A stretch of DNA of 62,934 bases, counting the filler, from Folioceros fuciformis (Eukaryota), in the NCBI GenBank assembly GCA_049999805.1. It is 6 parts of 6 records of this genome, joined end to end, with 100 filler letters (N's around TTAATTAATTAA, not from the genome) between each part and the next. Parts side by side here need not be neighbours in the genome. Positions count along the whole stretch, not along the records: positions 10,734 to 17,508 come from JBNGIO010001336.1; positions 17,609 to 47,842 come from JBNGIO010001338.1; 4 more parts are not named here. One strand, 5' to 3'. This document shows positions 10,734-24,599 of this stretch, in pieces (the first letter of the stretch is position 1; each line of letters opens with the position of its first letter). Both the position numbers and the translations under genes were made by a program. The notes under the pieces are model-generated. The model was not told where the DNA came from and did no database searches. It worked only from the letters and a program-made list of their open reading frames with translations.

Positions 10734-13700
10734 AATGAAGAGGGGGTTGCGGGTTTGGGTGGGCCTGGGGCCAGGACCTCTGCGGCGCCCTTCGATGATG
10801 TCTTGAGCGGAGGAACAGGAACAGGGTCTTCCTCCAGCTCTCCTGTCGATGAATTACTGGGTGGAATTGGAATTGCTCCCGGCGGAGGCGGAAGTGGAGG
10901 ATTTGTGGGACGAGGGGCAAGTGTGCATGCTGCGGAGGCGACCAGGGCCAACAAGTACGTATTGCTAGCTGCTTTCTCGGTCACCCCTTCCCGACTATGG
11001 CTGTAGCACCATGTGTTGAAGCTTCTGCGTGTGTGAGCATGCGCTATCATGCTTGGTGGAGAGGTTTTGGGAAGCATGCTGGCTCCTTGTCCTCACCTCG
11101 ATGCTGTTTTGGATGCGGTTTGGGTGCTGCGCAAGGCAAGGCTGGTCTTTCCTTTCCGTCCTGCTCTTCCGAGGCATGTTGTGGTGTGGTGTCCTGTGAT
11201 GTGCAGCTTTAACGTGCAGCATGTTATTGTCATGCTTTGTAGAGAGCTGCTGAGCAGCACATGCTGACTGGCCGGCTGGTGCCTCCGCGATACTTGACGC
11301 TTGTGCAAAGCAGGCCTTCTCCCCATCCTTCTCCCTAGACGTGTTCCCTGTCATTCATGCTCTTGATCTTTTGCACGCCTTAGGTCAGTTGTATGTAGCT
11401 TGTGCGTGCTCTCTGGTGGATGTGGAAGTGATAGGGTTGTGGGCTCTCACGCTCTTGTTTCTCCTTCTCATGCCTGCACGCTGCTCCGCAGTCGGAATGC
11501 AGGTTCGCAGCCTTCGCAACATGCAGATACCGTTCATCCGTTCGAGGTGGGAGAGGGAGCTGGTATTGTCGATCCTCCACTCTTTCTTTGGCAGCAGCAG
11601 TCAGGTCGCACGGCGAGTGATGCTGTACAGAGCTCGTTGGAGCGTGCCAATTCTTCTGACTGGGATGATAGCGACGGATTTGGTGTACCGCAATTTGCAA
11701 GGTCAGCACGCTCTCTTAGAGAGCAGCGCAGGCAGTCGATGGGCTCAGCGTCACAGCCAATCAGCAGAGAAGGCTCAGGGAATTTCACTGCCTCCTTTAA
11801 CTCGGAGCATCCGTCGGCCTTGGAGAAAGACAGGAAACAACCCGCGTCTGAGCCGGGTTGGGTGACGATTGACGACGTGACGCTTAAGACAGCACCTTCA
11901 AGTCAGCCTCCACCGGCTCGCCGAGCACCAAGACCAGGGAGGATGCGCTTTGGCCATTTGAATGGATACCCTGGCAATGCAAGCATTTATGAGCCCATGG
12001 ATCAGAACTCTGGGCCCTCCAGTAGAGGATCTTCTCCGTCGGGCCCGGCCGTCACTAGTGATGTCACGGCTGCAGCACCAGCCAGGGGTGTAGAAGGGTT
12101 GGAGGATTTTGTCTCGGGTGTGCCACGCAAGTCAGGCTCCAACACATCTCCAGAAGGGGAATTGGAGAGTGGACAGATTCCTACTGAGGCTCCCACTGAA
12201 ATAAGGGATGCCATGGAGCGAGCAGAGGTTAAAATAAGGCTAGCCAAGGAAGCTCGTGAAAAGGGAAGAGAAGAGAAGCTGCGAGAGGCTATGATAGCTA
12301 AAGCCATAGCCAGAGAAAAAGAAGAGCGTGAGGCCAAGGAAGAGAGGGAAAGAGAAAGGTTGCGGATGGAACAGCTGAAGGAGCGGGAGAGAGAACGGGA
12401 GAAAGATCGAGCAGCTGAAAGAGCTGCATTGGAGATGGCAGCAGCGGAAGCAAGGGAACGAGCAGCCACTGAGGCTCGGGAGAAAGCAGAGAAGGCTGCT
12501 GTGGAAAAAGCCACAGCTGAAGCAAGAGAGAGGGCAGCTGCCCGAGCTGCTGCTGCTGGTGCAGAGAAGGCAGCGGCTGAACGTGCTGCTGCTGCAGAGA
12601 AGGCAGCCGCTGAGCGTGCAGCTGCTGCAGAGAAGGCAGCGGCTGAGCGTGCAGCTGCTGCAGAGAGAGCTGCCGCAGAAGCTCGTGAAAGGATGGAGAG
12701 AGAGCGTGCAAAGGACCAACAGCGTATGGGGAATGACTTTCAAAAACTATTCAGCACTCGAGCGAACAGTGATACACAGAACCGCCCATCCAATCAGGTG
12801 AATATCGTTCTTTCATATCTCCAGCTGGGAAGCCACTTCTCTTGATTTCCTTTGCTGACCATTGTCAGGACCATTCATCGAGTCAGAGAGCCAGTCAGGC
12901 CTTTGTCAATGAGCAGCAACGCAGAGCGTCATCCTCAACAGCTGGTGTGAGTAAAGGGCCATCCACTACTGCAAATACGGCTGACGACTGGACCTCCCTT
13001 TTCAGTGAGAAACTATGGATCCTTTCCCGGTTTGTTGGCATAAATGGTCAAGGACAGGCATCCTCCATAGCATGCTCTGACACCGTGATGATACAGGTCC
13101 TCCTGTGCAAGAAGACTTCCAGGAGGTAGATGGGGAGGCTCCAGATCGGAGGAAAGCAAGATGGGAGCGCCATCAACGAACAATGGAGCGGGCGGTATGT
13201 TTGATTCATCTCGGGCATCTCGTCCTGAATGTCCCAAGGCCTTCAGTTCAGCTGTAGGGCTACGCTCTGCCTTGTAGCCACTCAGGGCCTGATGTAGCAT
13301 CGGTTTTGCAGGCCAAGGCGCTAGCAGAGAAAAATCAGAGGGAGCTGGACATGCAGCGGGAGCAAGCTGAGAAGCATGTGAGCAATATAACTCATTTCGC
13401 CTAGCAGAAGTTAGCAAGTGCCAACTCGTGTTGTTCCTGCTTCCCCTTCATTATTTTACGAATTGCTGTGGCTTTTGATGTTTGCAGAGGGCTGGGGAGG
13501 TACTTGATGCGGAGATACGTAAGTGGGCAGCGGGGAAGGAGGGGAACCTTCGTGCTTTGCTGTCCAGCCTGCAATACGTAAGGCAGCACACATGTATTCC
13601 GGCGGCGTTCATTTGTGGATCGGACTCTGAAGTGTTCATGGATGGCACATCATCGTCTAATGATTCGGAGTGGCTTGTTGGCAGGTTCTGTGGCCAGAGT

Positions 13701-14009
13701 GTGGATGGCAACAGGTATCTTTGACAGACTTGATGACAGCTGCATCTGTGAAGAAAGTATACAGGAAGGCAACCTTGTGTGTGCACCCAGACAAGGTCCA
13801 GCAGAAAGGGGCCACAGTGCAGCAGAAGTACATTGCAGAGAAAGTATTCGATCTACTTAAGGTACTGAAAGGACACTTGAGATTCGACTTTGCAACCCAG
13901 TCTTTCGTCTACTGTGGGATTTTCGAGATTCCTGTAGTGTCAGCTCTGAAACTTTGGATCGGCAATGCAGGAAGCGTGGAACAAGTTCAATTCGGAAGAG
14001 CTGTTCTGA
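10734..14009 (+). CDS. Auxilin-like J-domain protein, multi-exon, 5' truncated
   Basis: E/R/A-rich coiled coil followed by [41 protein letters not shown]...[18 protein letters not shown]...[24 protein letters not shown] motif. Confidence 0.92.
12561..12659 (+). repeat. Three 33-bp coding tandem repeats ([11 protein letters not shown]) in the auxilin-like gene
   Basis: gcagagaaggcagc(g/c)gctga(a/g)cgtgc(t/a)gctgct repeated three times. Confidence 0.85.
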
Positions 14010-14404
14010 CAGGAGGCTGGTCATGCTTGTGGCGTTTATTTTTCGTAGCATGGGCTTCCCGTGGGAGGGCATCTGCAACTGGCTTCCTGTAGGGCCTCGA
14101 ACCTTTAGTCTATCTGAGGTGTAGGCTCTCTGCAGGCGGTTGCGACTGCACGCGACGTTCTCCATTTTTCCCATTTCTGCCAAAGACACTTATTTATGGA
14201 CAATTGCTGTTCTGTGCACAGCATCCCAAATTGGGACATTAAAAATAAGTGGCACAAGAAGATCGATGAGCCTGAGCTCACCTTTCAGCCAAAGAGATGC
14301 ATATGCTCGAAGTTTCTCGGAGGGAGCCTCTCCTGCCCAAGGGAATCCACTATCTAGGCCCACAGCTTGCTGAAAGCAAGCCGACCGCGTCGTTGTCCGG
14401 TGGC

Positions 14405-15750
14405 ATTCAATTTCAATTATCAATCATATTGAAATGCTTCAATTTCAATAATGATGTAAGTGAAATTAAATAAAAATGAAAAGTTAGAATAAGGGAAAAA
14501 ATTAATGTATATCTGCCTTGCGGAACATGCAAGTGTGCATATGCTTCCAAGCAAGTAGAAACTCATAAGAAAAGTGCATGTGCTGCCATGGAGAAACTCT
14601 TAAGAAAGGTGGAGTTGTAGCAACCACTAATATTTTCTGAAATGAGTGGTGACCATGGTTCTCTCTTCTAGAATGTTTGTGAAATGAGTAGAAGAATGTT
14701 TGTGAAATGAGTGGTGTGTATGGTTCCCAAGAGAATCTCCTAGGGAGGGGAGGTGGAGTTGCAACAACCACTAGTACTTCATGAAATGATTGGTGGGCTT
14801 GGTTCCTTCTTCAAGAGAAACTCCTCATAAGGGTGGAGTTGTAGCAACCACTAGTCCTTTGTAAAATGAGTATTGTAGCAACCACTAGTGCTTTGTGAAA
14901 TGCATGGTTCACAACTTAAGCAATTGAATTGCTTGATTGTGGAATATAAAATGCTAGGGTAGAGGCTTTGAGGCCACTCACTCATCCACCCATGAGAAGA
15001 AGCTCTATTGCAAGCTTGGTGTGGGGGTATGACTATGTAGACATGGAGAGCATAGAGAGAGACTTGTTGATGTTCAAGCAAAGAGAGAGTGATTGAAACT
15101 TTGGACAACTAGACACTACCCTTTGACTCTCTCTCTATGAGATGCTCTCTAAACTCTAAACCCTAAACATCAACAAGTTATTTTAAAGCTTAAACTTAGA
15201 CCTCGCTTAGTGTCTCCAAATCTTGAGATGACTGAAGCCATTGGCAAACCTTCCCCTGTAACACTTCGCGAATGGTTGAATTTGATACATTATTACACAC
15301 TTTTATATCCTTCTTTGGATCATAGATTGTTGCTGAGTTTCGACTTCGAAAACTCAAATGCTCCCTAGCATTCTTCATCCTTCTTCAAGAGATCACTACT
15401 TCAAGAGATCAATCACCGGGGCAACAATCTTAACAAATATTTGTACAAATCCAATCTACATGTTAGCCAATCCCAAAAAACACACATAGCTCAAGCACAT
15501 TTGTCCGTGGCACCCACCTCTCTGTGGCTCTTAGCTTATTAGACATTCTTATACTATCAACTAAGACAATGAAGAACTGCAAAATTCACTAAACCCACGC
15601 ATAGTAAAATAGTTAAATTATAATAAAATACAATTTAAATAATTCAATTGCAACAAAATAACTCAATCACACTAAAATAAGTGAATTCAAATAAAATAAC
15701 TCAATAATACCAAAATAATCATACAATAAAATAACTCAGTAAACAACTGG
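14405..15750. mobile_element. AT-rich intergenic island with short dispersed repeats, probable TE remnant
   Basis: Abrupt AT-rich composition between two convergent genes; ggtggagttgtagcaaccacta-type motif at 14608, 14752, 14832 and partially at 14873; aaaataactca repeats at 15656-15740; no intact ORF. Confidence 0.35.
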
Positions 15751-16017
15751 ATCCCTGAAAAGAGATGATCTTGCTGCTAAGCCACACTCTCGTCGGGAAA
15801 ATTGAGGTTTGATTCACCTACATTATGTACAGTACCGAAAAAATAATTCTCACAGTCGAATGACTTAATTCCTATGTAGCCTCTAACAAGCATTTTCATA
15901 GTTTCGAGCAGTTATCCTGCGGAGAAACCTTGACAGCCGTTGTTGGAAAATCAAACAGAGATAGAACCAGCGACATGGGTAGGAGTCGCGATAGATGAGA
16001 ATCGTAGGGTGACAAAG

Positions 16018-17483
<1,466 letters not shown>

Positions 17484-20417
17484 CTGAAATGCACCACAAC
17501 CACGCACTNNNNNNNNNNNNNNNNNNNNNNNNNNNNNNNNNNNNNNNNNNNNTTAATTAATTAANNNNNNNNNNNNNNNNNNNNNNNNNNNNNNNNNNNN
17601 NNNNNNNNCTTGCTCCCAACGGGTTGGGGCAAGTGAGCGATTGTAGTCGTCCTCCTTGGCGTCAATCCAGTCTTGTAAGTTCTGCCTCCTTCTCGCTCTC
17701 CTTGCTAGCCTCTCACATTTCTTGAGACCAGGCATTTCTGATGCTACTAATCCTCCTTGCTTGCATTCTTGCAGGTGTAACACCTGAAGGCATCTACGCA
17801 CAAGGTGGCTACAGCATTTCAGAAGCACCCATCCAGGATCCAAGAATACTAGGGCTAGTCTTGATGCGAAAAAGAAACATTCAGCAGATTGACGTGCCAA
17901 AGTAGCACACGGCGTAGATCAGAAATAAAGGCTCTAATAAGCAGAGTCGATAGAGAAAGCATCGGTCGTGCGTAGTGCACCGTGCGAAAGCATCGGTCGT
18001 GCGTGCGTCTTGCAACTGACACTTACACGTACATGTCCCGTGAAAGAGACATGACAGTTATAACGGTTAGGGTTAACTGACCTAGACCTGAACCTAACTA
18101 AGGATAATTAATACCCTATCAAGCCCGAAGACTACCTATTTCTCTAACGCGTTTTTCCATTTCCTATGGAAGGTGAAACGCGGCACCAGGCCAGATTGGG
18201 GAGCAGTCATGCTCTCAGCTTACGAGCATCATCGGACAAGCTTCTCCGTCCCAACCAGTAGGATGTGGGAGGTTCTTGACATACCTATGTGAGCACCTAC
18301 TTGGTGCATCTTTGGGAAGCACATGGGCTGCTGTCCGCAGGAGAGTTGGAGGAGGCTCACCAGCCTTTTGAGGTGGTACCTCTCCGCGATGGGGTGCAAG
18401 ACTCCAAGTCTCAAGGGAAGATCAAGGGGGAGCAAACGAGAGGCACTAGCAGCAAGGGTCCAATTGCCCTTCCTGGGCCTTCCATCTAGGTATCTGACCT
18501 TCTGGCAGATCTGGTGGTCCCTCTCCAAAACTATTAGACCTCTCTGTCTGTAAGCCCTCTTGTCTTGCCTCGTCTTGTCGAGCTGATAGATTTCGTTCCT
18601 CTGTCTCCTCATTCGCATGACTCCTGGACAGCTACTACCAACCCTTCATCAGGAAACCTATCATCCGTCTTCCTGACGGATCCCACTGTTTTCAAGCGAG
18701 AGATGAAGTTTGCATTCACATGTTTCTTCCCAGCCCTTGTCTCTACCTCAAAGTCAAACTCCTGTAGAAGTAGAACCCAACGTGCCAACCTTCCTGACAG
18801 ATCTGGCTTATTGACCAAATACTTGAGGGCAAAATGGTCCACATGAAACACCACCTTGCAAGCCAAAAGATAATGCCTGAACTTCTTACAAGAATAGATA
18901 ATTCCAAGAGCCTCCCTCTCTGTGGTGGTGTAGTTCTTCTCAGCATCTGACAATTGCCTCTTAGCATAAAAGATGGGTTGATCCCTCTTCTTGTCATCTA
19001 GTTGACTCAAGACAACTCCAATAGCATACGCTGATACATCAACATAGACATGAAAGGGCTTCTCCCAATTTGGTGGCCTTAAGGTAGGGGCCTCCACCAA
19101 ACTTCCCTTCAACTCCTGAAATGCAGCCTCCTTCTCATTTGTCCACACAAACTCCTCATCCTTCTTGGTTAGCTGCGTCAGGACTGCAGCCTTCTTAGCA
19201 AAATTCATAATGAATCTCCTATAGTAGCCAACTAGCCCCACAAAAGCTCTAACTTGTCGGACTGTTCGAGGTGCCTCCAACTTAGAGATTATCCTGACCT
19301 TCTCCATGTCCACTTGCAGTCCCCTAGCTGAAACCCTATGATCCAAAAGGATACCCTCCAGCATCCCAAAGAAACATTCGTCTGGTTGCAGCTTGAAACT
19401 TGTGTCTCTACATCGCTGCAAACAGCTCCTCAAATTTCCTCAATCTAGGGTCCTTCTCCCAAAAACACAAAAGTCATCCAAAAAGACCTCCATGAATTTC
19501 CTAAGGTAGTCCTTGAAAATGGTATTTCACTACCCTTTGGAAAGTTGCTGGGGCATTACACAGCCCAAATGGCAACTTGGCACAAGCAAAGGTACCCCAA
19601 TCTGTCGTGAAAGTAGTCTTGTCTCTATCCTCCAGCCTTAGTGAAATCTGGTTGTACCCTAAGTATCCATGTAAGAAGCTTATACATCTCATGGCCAACG
19701 ACCGTATCCAACACACTATGCATGAATGGAAGTGGGTGATGGTCCTTCTTGGTTGCTTCATTGAGCCTCCTAAATTCTTGAGAAACCCTCACCTTCCCTA
19801 GCTGTTTCTTAGGTACTGCCACAATAGGTGCCACCCATTCACTTGTCAGAATTGGATAGACTACCCTAGCCTCTAGGTACTGGTCTAGCTGCTCCTTCAC
19901 TAGCATGGAGTATTTGGGGTTGAGCCTATACTGCTTTACCCGGACAGGTGTGCTACCCTCCTTCTGATCTATCCGGTGAAGTCCCAACTCCTCAGGTATT
20001 CCTGTCATATCTGTCACCTTGAAGGCAAAAACATCTATATACTCTATTAGCAATGCCTTCAGTTTCTCCTTCTCCTCTGCTGATAAATGTTTGGATATCT
20101 TAACATGTTTCCCTTCTGCCAGCAATAGATCCTCCACCGTGTTAGGATCCACATACCCCCCTTCTAGACTACTCGCTACACTCACTCCTGACCCCTCATC
20201 AGGAAAGTCATAATCATAGGCCTTGCCCTTCCAAAAGGCAGCGCCTTCCCTATGTACCTCATCCTCCTCAAAACCCTCATCTGACTCTTGGCAAGTATGG
20301 TAACAAGAGACCTCCTCATCTGTTAGCACCATCTGGACAGATGTCCCCAACTTGCTGTAAACTTCAACACCAGTTGCTGATGAAGTCCCACTTCCAGACG
20401 TGTACTCTGGAGAATAG

Positions 20418-20488
20418 GGATAAGTATCCCCTCCATACGGCATCCTACTCCAGGATAAGTATCCCCTCCATATGGCATCCTACTCCAG
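20418..20488. repeat. 35-bp tandem duplication inside gypsy pol (causes a frameshift)
   Basis: ggataagtatcccctccata(c/t)ggcatcctactcca occurs twice in tandem. Confidence 0.85.
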
Positions 20489-23400
20489 GTCACAAACACC
20501 TTTTCGACAGATCCTCCCTGTCCTGACTTAAAGGTTACACCCTTTCTTTCAAAATCAAACACACAACCTGCCCCATACAACCAAGGCCTTCCCAACAGCA
20601 CCTTGTATCCCAAGTTTGAAACAGGCTTCATGATAATGTAGGTTAATCTGAAAGTAATTCCTCCTATTACCGTGGGCACGTTCCTCAACACTCCCAACGG
20701 CTTCCTTTTGGTTTGATCTGCCATTCTCAAGTAGACCCTTAAAGGACTGAACTCTGTAAACCCCAACTTATAAGCTGTGTCTTCCATCATGAGGTTTACT
20801 CCCGACCCTATGTCAATTGGCACATCTGGCACCAAGTAGCCAGCTATCTCTATCTCAATTTCAGGAGTGCCACAATCCACAAGTTCCACAACCTGCATTC
20901 ACCACATACCTCACATCTCTCCCATGTAGTGACTCCGGCATCCCTCGGATGGCCTCCTTCAACACTTCCCTAGTTTTGGGGCTAACTGACAGAAGTTGCC
21001 TCAAGCTCACCACAAACTCTTGATCTAACAGGGCCTCCGCAAACCCTGCCACCTTCATGGCCAAAGCCTCTCGGGCTGTCTCCACCTCTTGGGGAGTGAT
21101 TACCTCCCCTCCTCCTCCTTGCTGGCAATCCTCTACTTCCGTTTGCTCTCCCACCGGAGGAGTACTCTCTACCGCTCCTGTCACCAAAGGCTCTGAAAAT
21201 GAAACCGTCTTAGCCTTCTTCATCAACCTATCCAATTCCTCCTCTAACATCACAGCTACTTCCTGACTAATGTCAAGAGGAAACAATGACTCTCCTGTCC
21301 TAACCGAATCCTCTTCAGTCGGATCTTCCTCCTTCCAGTCTGTAGTATCCTGCTCTTGCACACTCTTGTCTGTCAGAACTGACTCTTTCCCAGTATACAG
21401 ATCCTTTTGCCCCACAGACAGATCGTTCTGTCTGACAGAAAAATCCTCCTTCTCCTTTTCAGCCAATGTTGCCCTCCTTGTCTCAGCAGCCCAAGGAGGA
21501 CTGTCCTTTTCCTTCTTCCTCTAGTCCTTCCTACTTCGATTATATCCCTTTTTCCATTCCTTCTCTCTCCTCTTTGACCTTGTGACAACCCTTGCCACTT
21601 AAATTTCCTCACCATCACTGTACTCACTGGCATAGCCTTCCTCCACAATCCTTGAGTACATCTCAAATTCAGTCTCAACTGCCTCCTCAGCCTCTACGAA
21701 CAGAATTGGTGCACTTGTCATCAGGATAGATCGTTCTGTCATGACAGTAGCACCCTCCGAGGTTGCCTTGGTGATCCTTACTCCTGATGTCCTAGGAGGT
21801 ACGTCTTTGGAATCCCCGTACACCTAGGATCTCCTGCTCTATGTCCTGGGTCCTTACAGATCTGACAGAATGGTACAGAACCAATCTGTCGGCGCGGTTC
21901 TTGACAATCCATTGCGTAATGACCTGTCACCCCACAATTGTAACACCCTCTTGGAGGAACAGTTAGAGGTTTCTGCAATGGATCATGCCTCCATGATCCG
22001 GGTGAAGATAGCCTCCCACACTTCATTGCAGGAGGTGCTGCCGGCTGGTAAGATGGCCTCAATGATTGCGAGAAGCGAGGGGCTGTCATAGCCTGCACTT
22101 GGTAAGAATGATCCACATACCAAAAGTCACCTGGCATGTAAGCTTCCACCTGATTGACAGCATGTCTTGGTGCTCTAGCACACTCTCTATTGGTATGACC
22201 TGCTTGTTGACAAATTGAGCAATATACCGCATGCCTCCCAGGAGATGGGGATCTCCTTGGTGCTTGGTTGCGAATAGTCTTCACCTCAAGCTCTGCCAAA
22301 CGCTTGGTCAATGCCTCAATCTTGCCCTCCGCAACACTTCCACCCGTAGGTTCTTACAACTCTATCCATCCTGTAAGATCCCTTTCCTCTCCTATTCTTC
22401 TCAGCCGACCTCTTAGCCTCTTCTAGATGTCTCCTATGAACTCTATCCATATCCTTCTTGATCCTCCGTTCATAGCCACGATCCGACTCCTCGTTAGAAT
22501 ACCCATCTGACCCATAGCTGTCAAGTTCCACATCTGAAAGAGAACGAGATGTAGACCTGGATGAAGAATTGGGGTTAGAGTGTCTCCTTCCTCCACGGCT
22601 CTTAGATTCCCACTGCCTCCTCCTTCTCTTGTTCATCTTCGTCGTCTCGTAGTCTTCAGCAGCTTTGATGGCTCCTTCCAAAGTTGTCACACCCCTTCGA
22701 CAGTAGGTCTCCATCTTCTCAGGCAAGCCAACAGCAAACCAATCGAAGGCTTACTCATCCGAATATCCAAGTGTACTCTGCTCTCCAGGTCCTCCTGACC
22801 TTCTAGGGACCCTATCGAGGTAGCTATAGAACCTCTATATGTAAGAATATAGATCCTCTTTCCTACCTCTCCTTAGTGTCCTTAATCTAGCAAAGGTACC
22901 TGTATGATGACCATGACTCAACCCTCTAAACCTAGTAAAAAATTCAGACTTGAGGCTCCCCCAACTCAATGGTGTGGTACTACTATACCGTCCTACTGTA
23001 TAGCCCTGGGAATCGCCTTAGCCTATCAGTTTCTATCCCCTCAAGGTTAGCATTAGATAAAGTCCCTCAAGTCCTAATAAAAGCATCTGCATCTTCTCCT
23101 CTCTTTCCCTCTCCAAACTTAGCATAATGCTAACGACTATGTGAGTGGACAGCACTTCCACCAATAGCACCTGACCCACTCATCCTAACCGACTATACAA
23201 CAACTACTAACTGGCTGACAGATGTTTGAGTGCCTACTAACGGACTGACAGATGACTGGTAAATTGCTGACAAACTGGTAGCCTGTTGGGCAACAGAGAG
23301 ACTTGTAGCTACCTGCTGGACAGATCCAAAGCTCTGACAGATGTTGGCAGATGTGACTGAACTATCCCATAAGGATGTTCCCTCTTAGATGATCCCGTAG

Positions 23401-23648
23401 GAACCTCTTGGATCACTCGTTTTCCCCCCTTCAGCCTCTCTTGCCCACTCGTCGCTACTTCCGTGAAAACCTCTCTCGGCCCACTCGTCACTCCTTCCTT
23501 CACGGATCACAATCCTCCGTGTAGCTCGCTAATCTCTCGGCGAAAAGGTGTCTCTCCTCCTTCCAGCTCCACGTTCACCACGAACACCAAACATGGATGC
23601 CCATGGTGCTCAAGCACTCCAGACACACAGAAGCAACACACAAACTCA

Positions 23649-23667
23649 CTCCCCGACAGCGGCGCCA
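23649..23667 (-). promoter_or_regulatory. Primer-binding site, tRNA-Asp-like
   Basis: Minus strand TGGCGCCGCTGTCGGGGA directly after ...CACA-TTTT; resembles the Athila tRNA-Asp PBS TGGCGCCGTTGCCGGGGA. Confidence 0.8.
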
Positions 23668-24599
23668 AAAATGTGGCGGCCGGATCGGGGAGTGGGACTG
23701 TCCCTGAAATCCGGCAGCCACACTAGGAGATAAATTGTCCCCGAGATCCGGCCGCCACGAGACCAATTTATCTTGGAAACCACTAGCACGGAAGAAAAGA
23801 CAAACATTCTACTAATTGGATTCTTGATAATAGCAAATGCTAGTGTGGATTGGAGAGTTCTCGACAGACACATCAATCAAGTCCGCTTCTTTCCTTCCCT
23901 TTCGTCATGTCTGGATGGTATCGCATCAACCAAACGCCTTTCATAAGGAATGAAACACAACTGATTCCTGGTCAGAGAACTGCTGCTTGGTGATAATCCA
24001 ATGCAGATGTTGTTGCTCATCCTCAAATTGCTCCCAGACTGCGCACACGCGCAAAATTTGGAGATTTGGTTTCCGCAATACAAGATGCGGATTTCATCGG
24101 TACAATAAGATCACAAAAGGATAGCACAACGGAACTGATGCCGCAGCAGCTCTTCCGTTCTCGCAAGTAACGCATCTGGCTCTCCTTTGCTCGCTAGAAA
24201 GGACCTCCCAATGAGCCTGCTGCGAAAAACAAAAGGAAACGCCATAGGGGAAAGCAGATATGGTGCCTGACCATCCCTGATTCCCTGCCTTCGTGGAATT
24301 CTGAAACCGGCAAGCTTCCAAGCCAGGGCGCTCGAAAGACGGTAAACATCCAGCTTTCACCACATGCACAGGTCAGGAATGCCGAGATCTGCGTGAAGGA
24401 CGCTCATGGATCACATGCAAGCTGCCAGGAGCTCGCACTTCCGGCAAGCAACGAATGGCGAGAGCAAGTTCCAGGAGCCTGCGACGCCCAACCTGGAAGC
24501 TATTACCGAACCTAGGATTGCCGAGCCCATGCTCGGCCCTGGCAAAGGAGCAATAACCGGTAGAATACACGCTCGAGCACTGACTTTTCTTCATTTTTC

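Larger units (their letters stand above)
18120..23722 (-). mobile_element. Degenerate Ty3/gypsy non-chromovirus (Athila-like) LTR retrotransposon; integrase not visible
   Basis: PBS next to ...CACA; gag with three CCHC knuckles (CSICQQAGHTNREC, CYNCGVTGHYAMDC, CQICKDPGHRAGDPRC); protease IDIGSGVNLM; RT FGLCNAPATFQR and MEVFLDDFCVF (~19465-19493); RNase H VDVSAYAIGVVL...YTTTEREALG; multiple frameshifts and stops. Confidence 0.92.

Noticed and set aside
11190-11270. TGATGT...CTGA in the long auxilin intron as a second snoRNA
   Set aside because: No recognisable rRNA or snRNA complementarity and no clear terminal stem.
14600-14900. Spaced ~22-bp repeats as CRISPR-like
   Set aside because: Irregular spacing, and the intervening sequences are themselves related.
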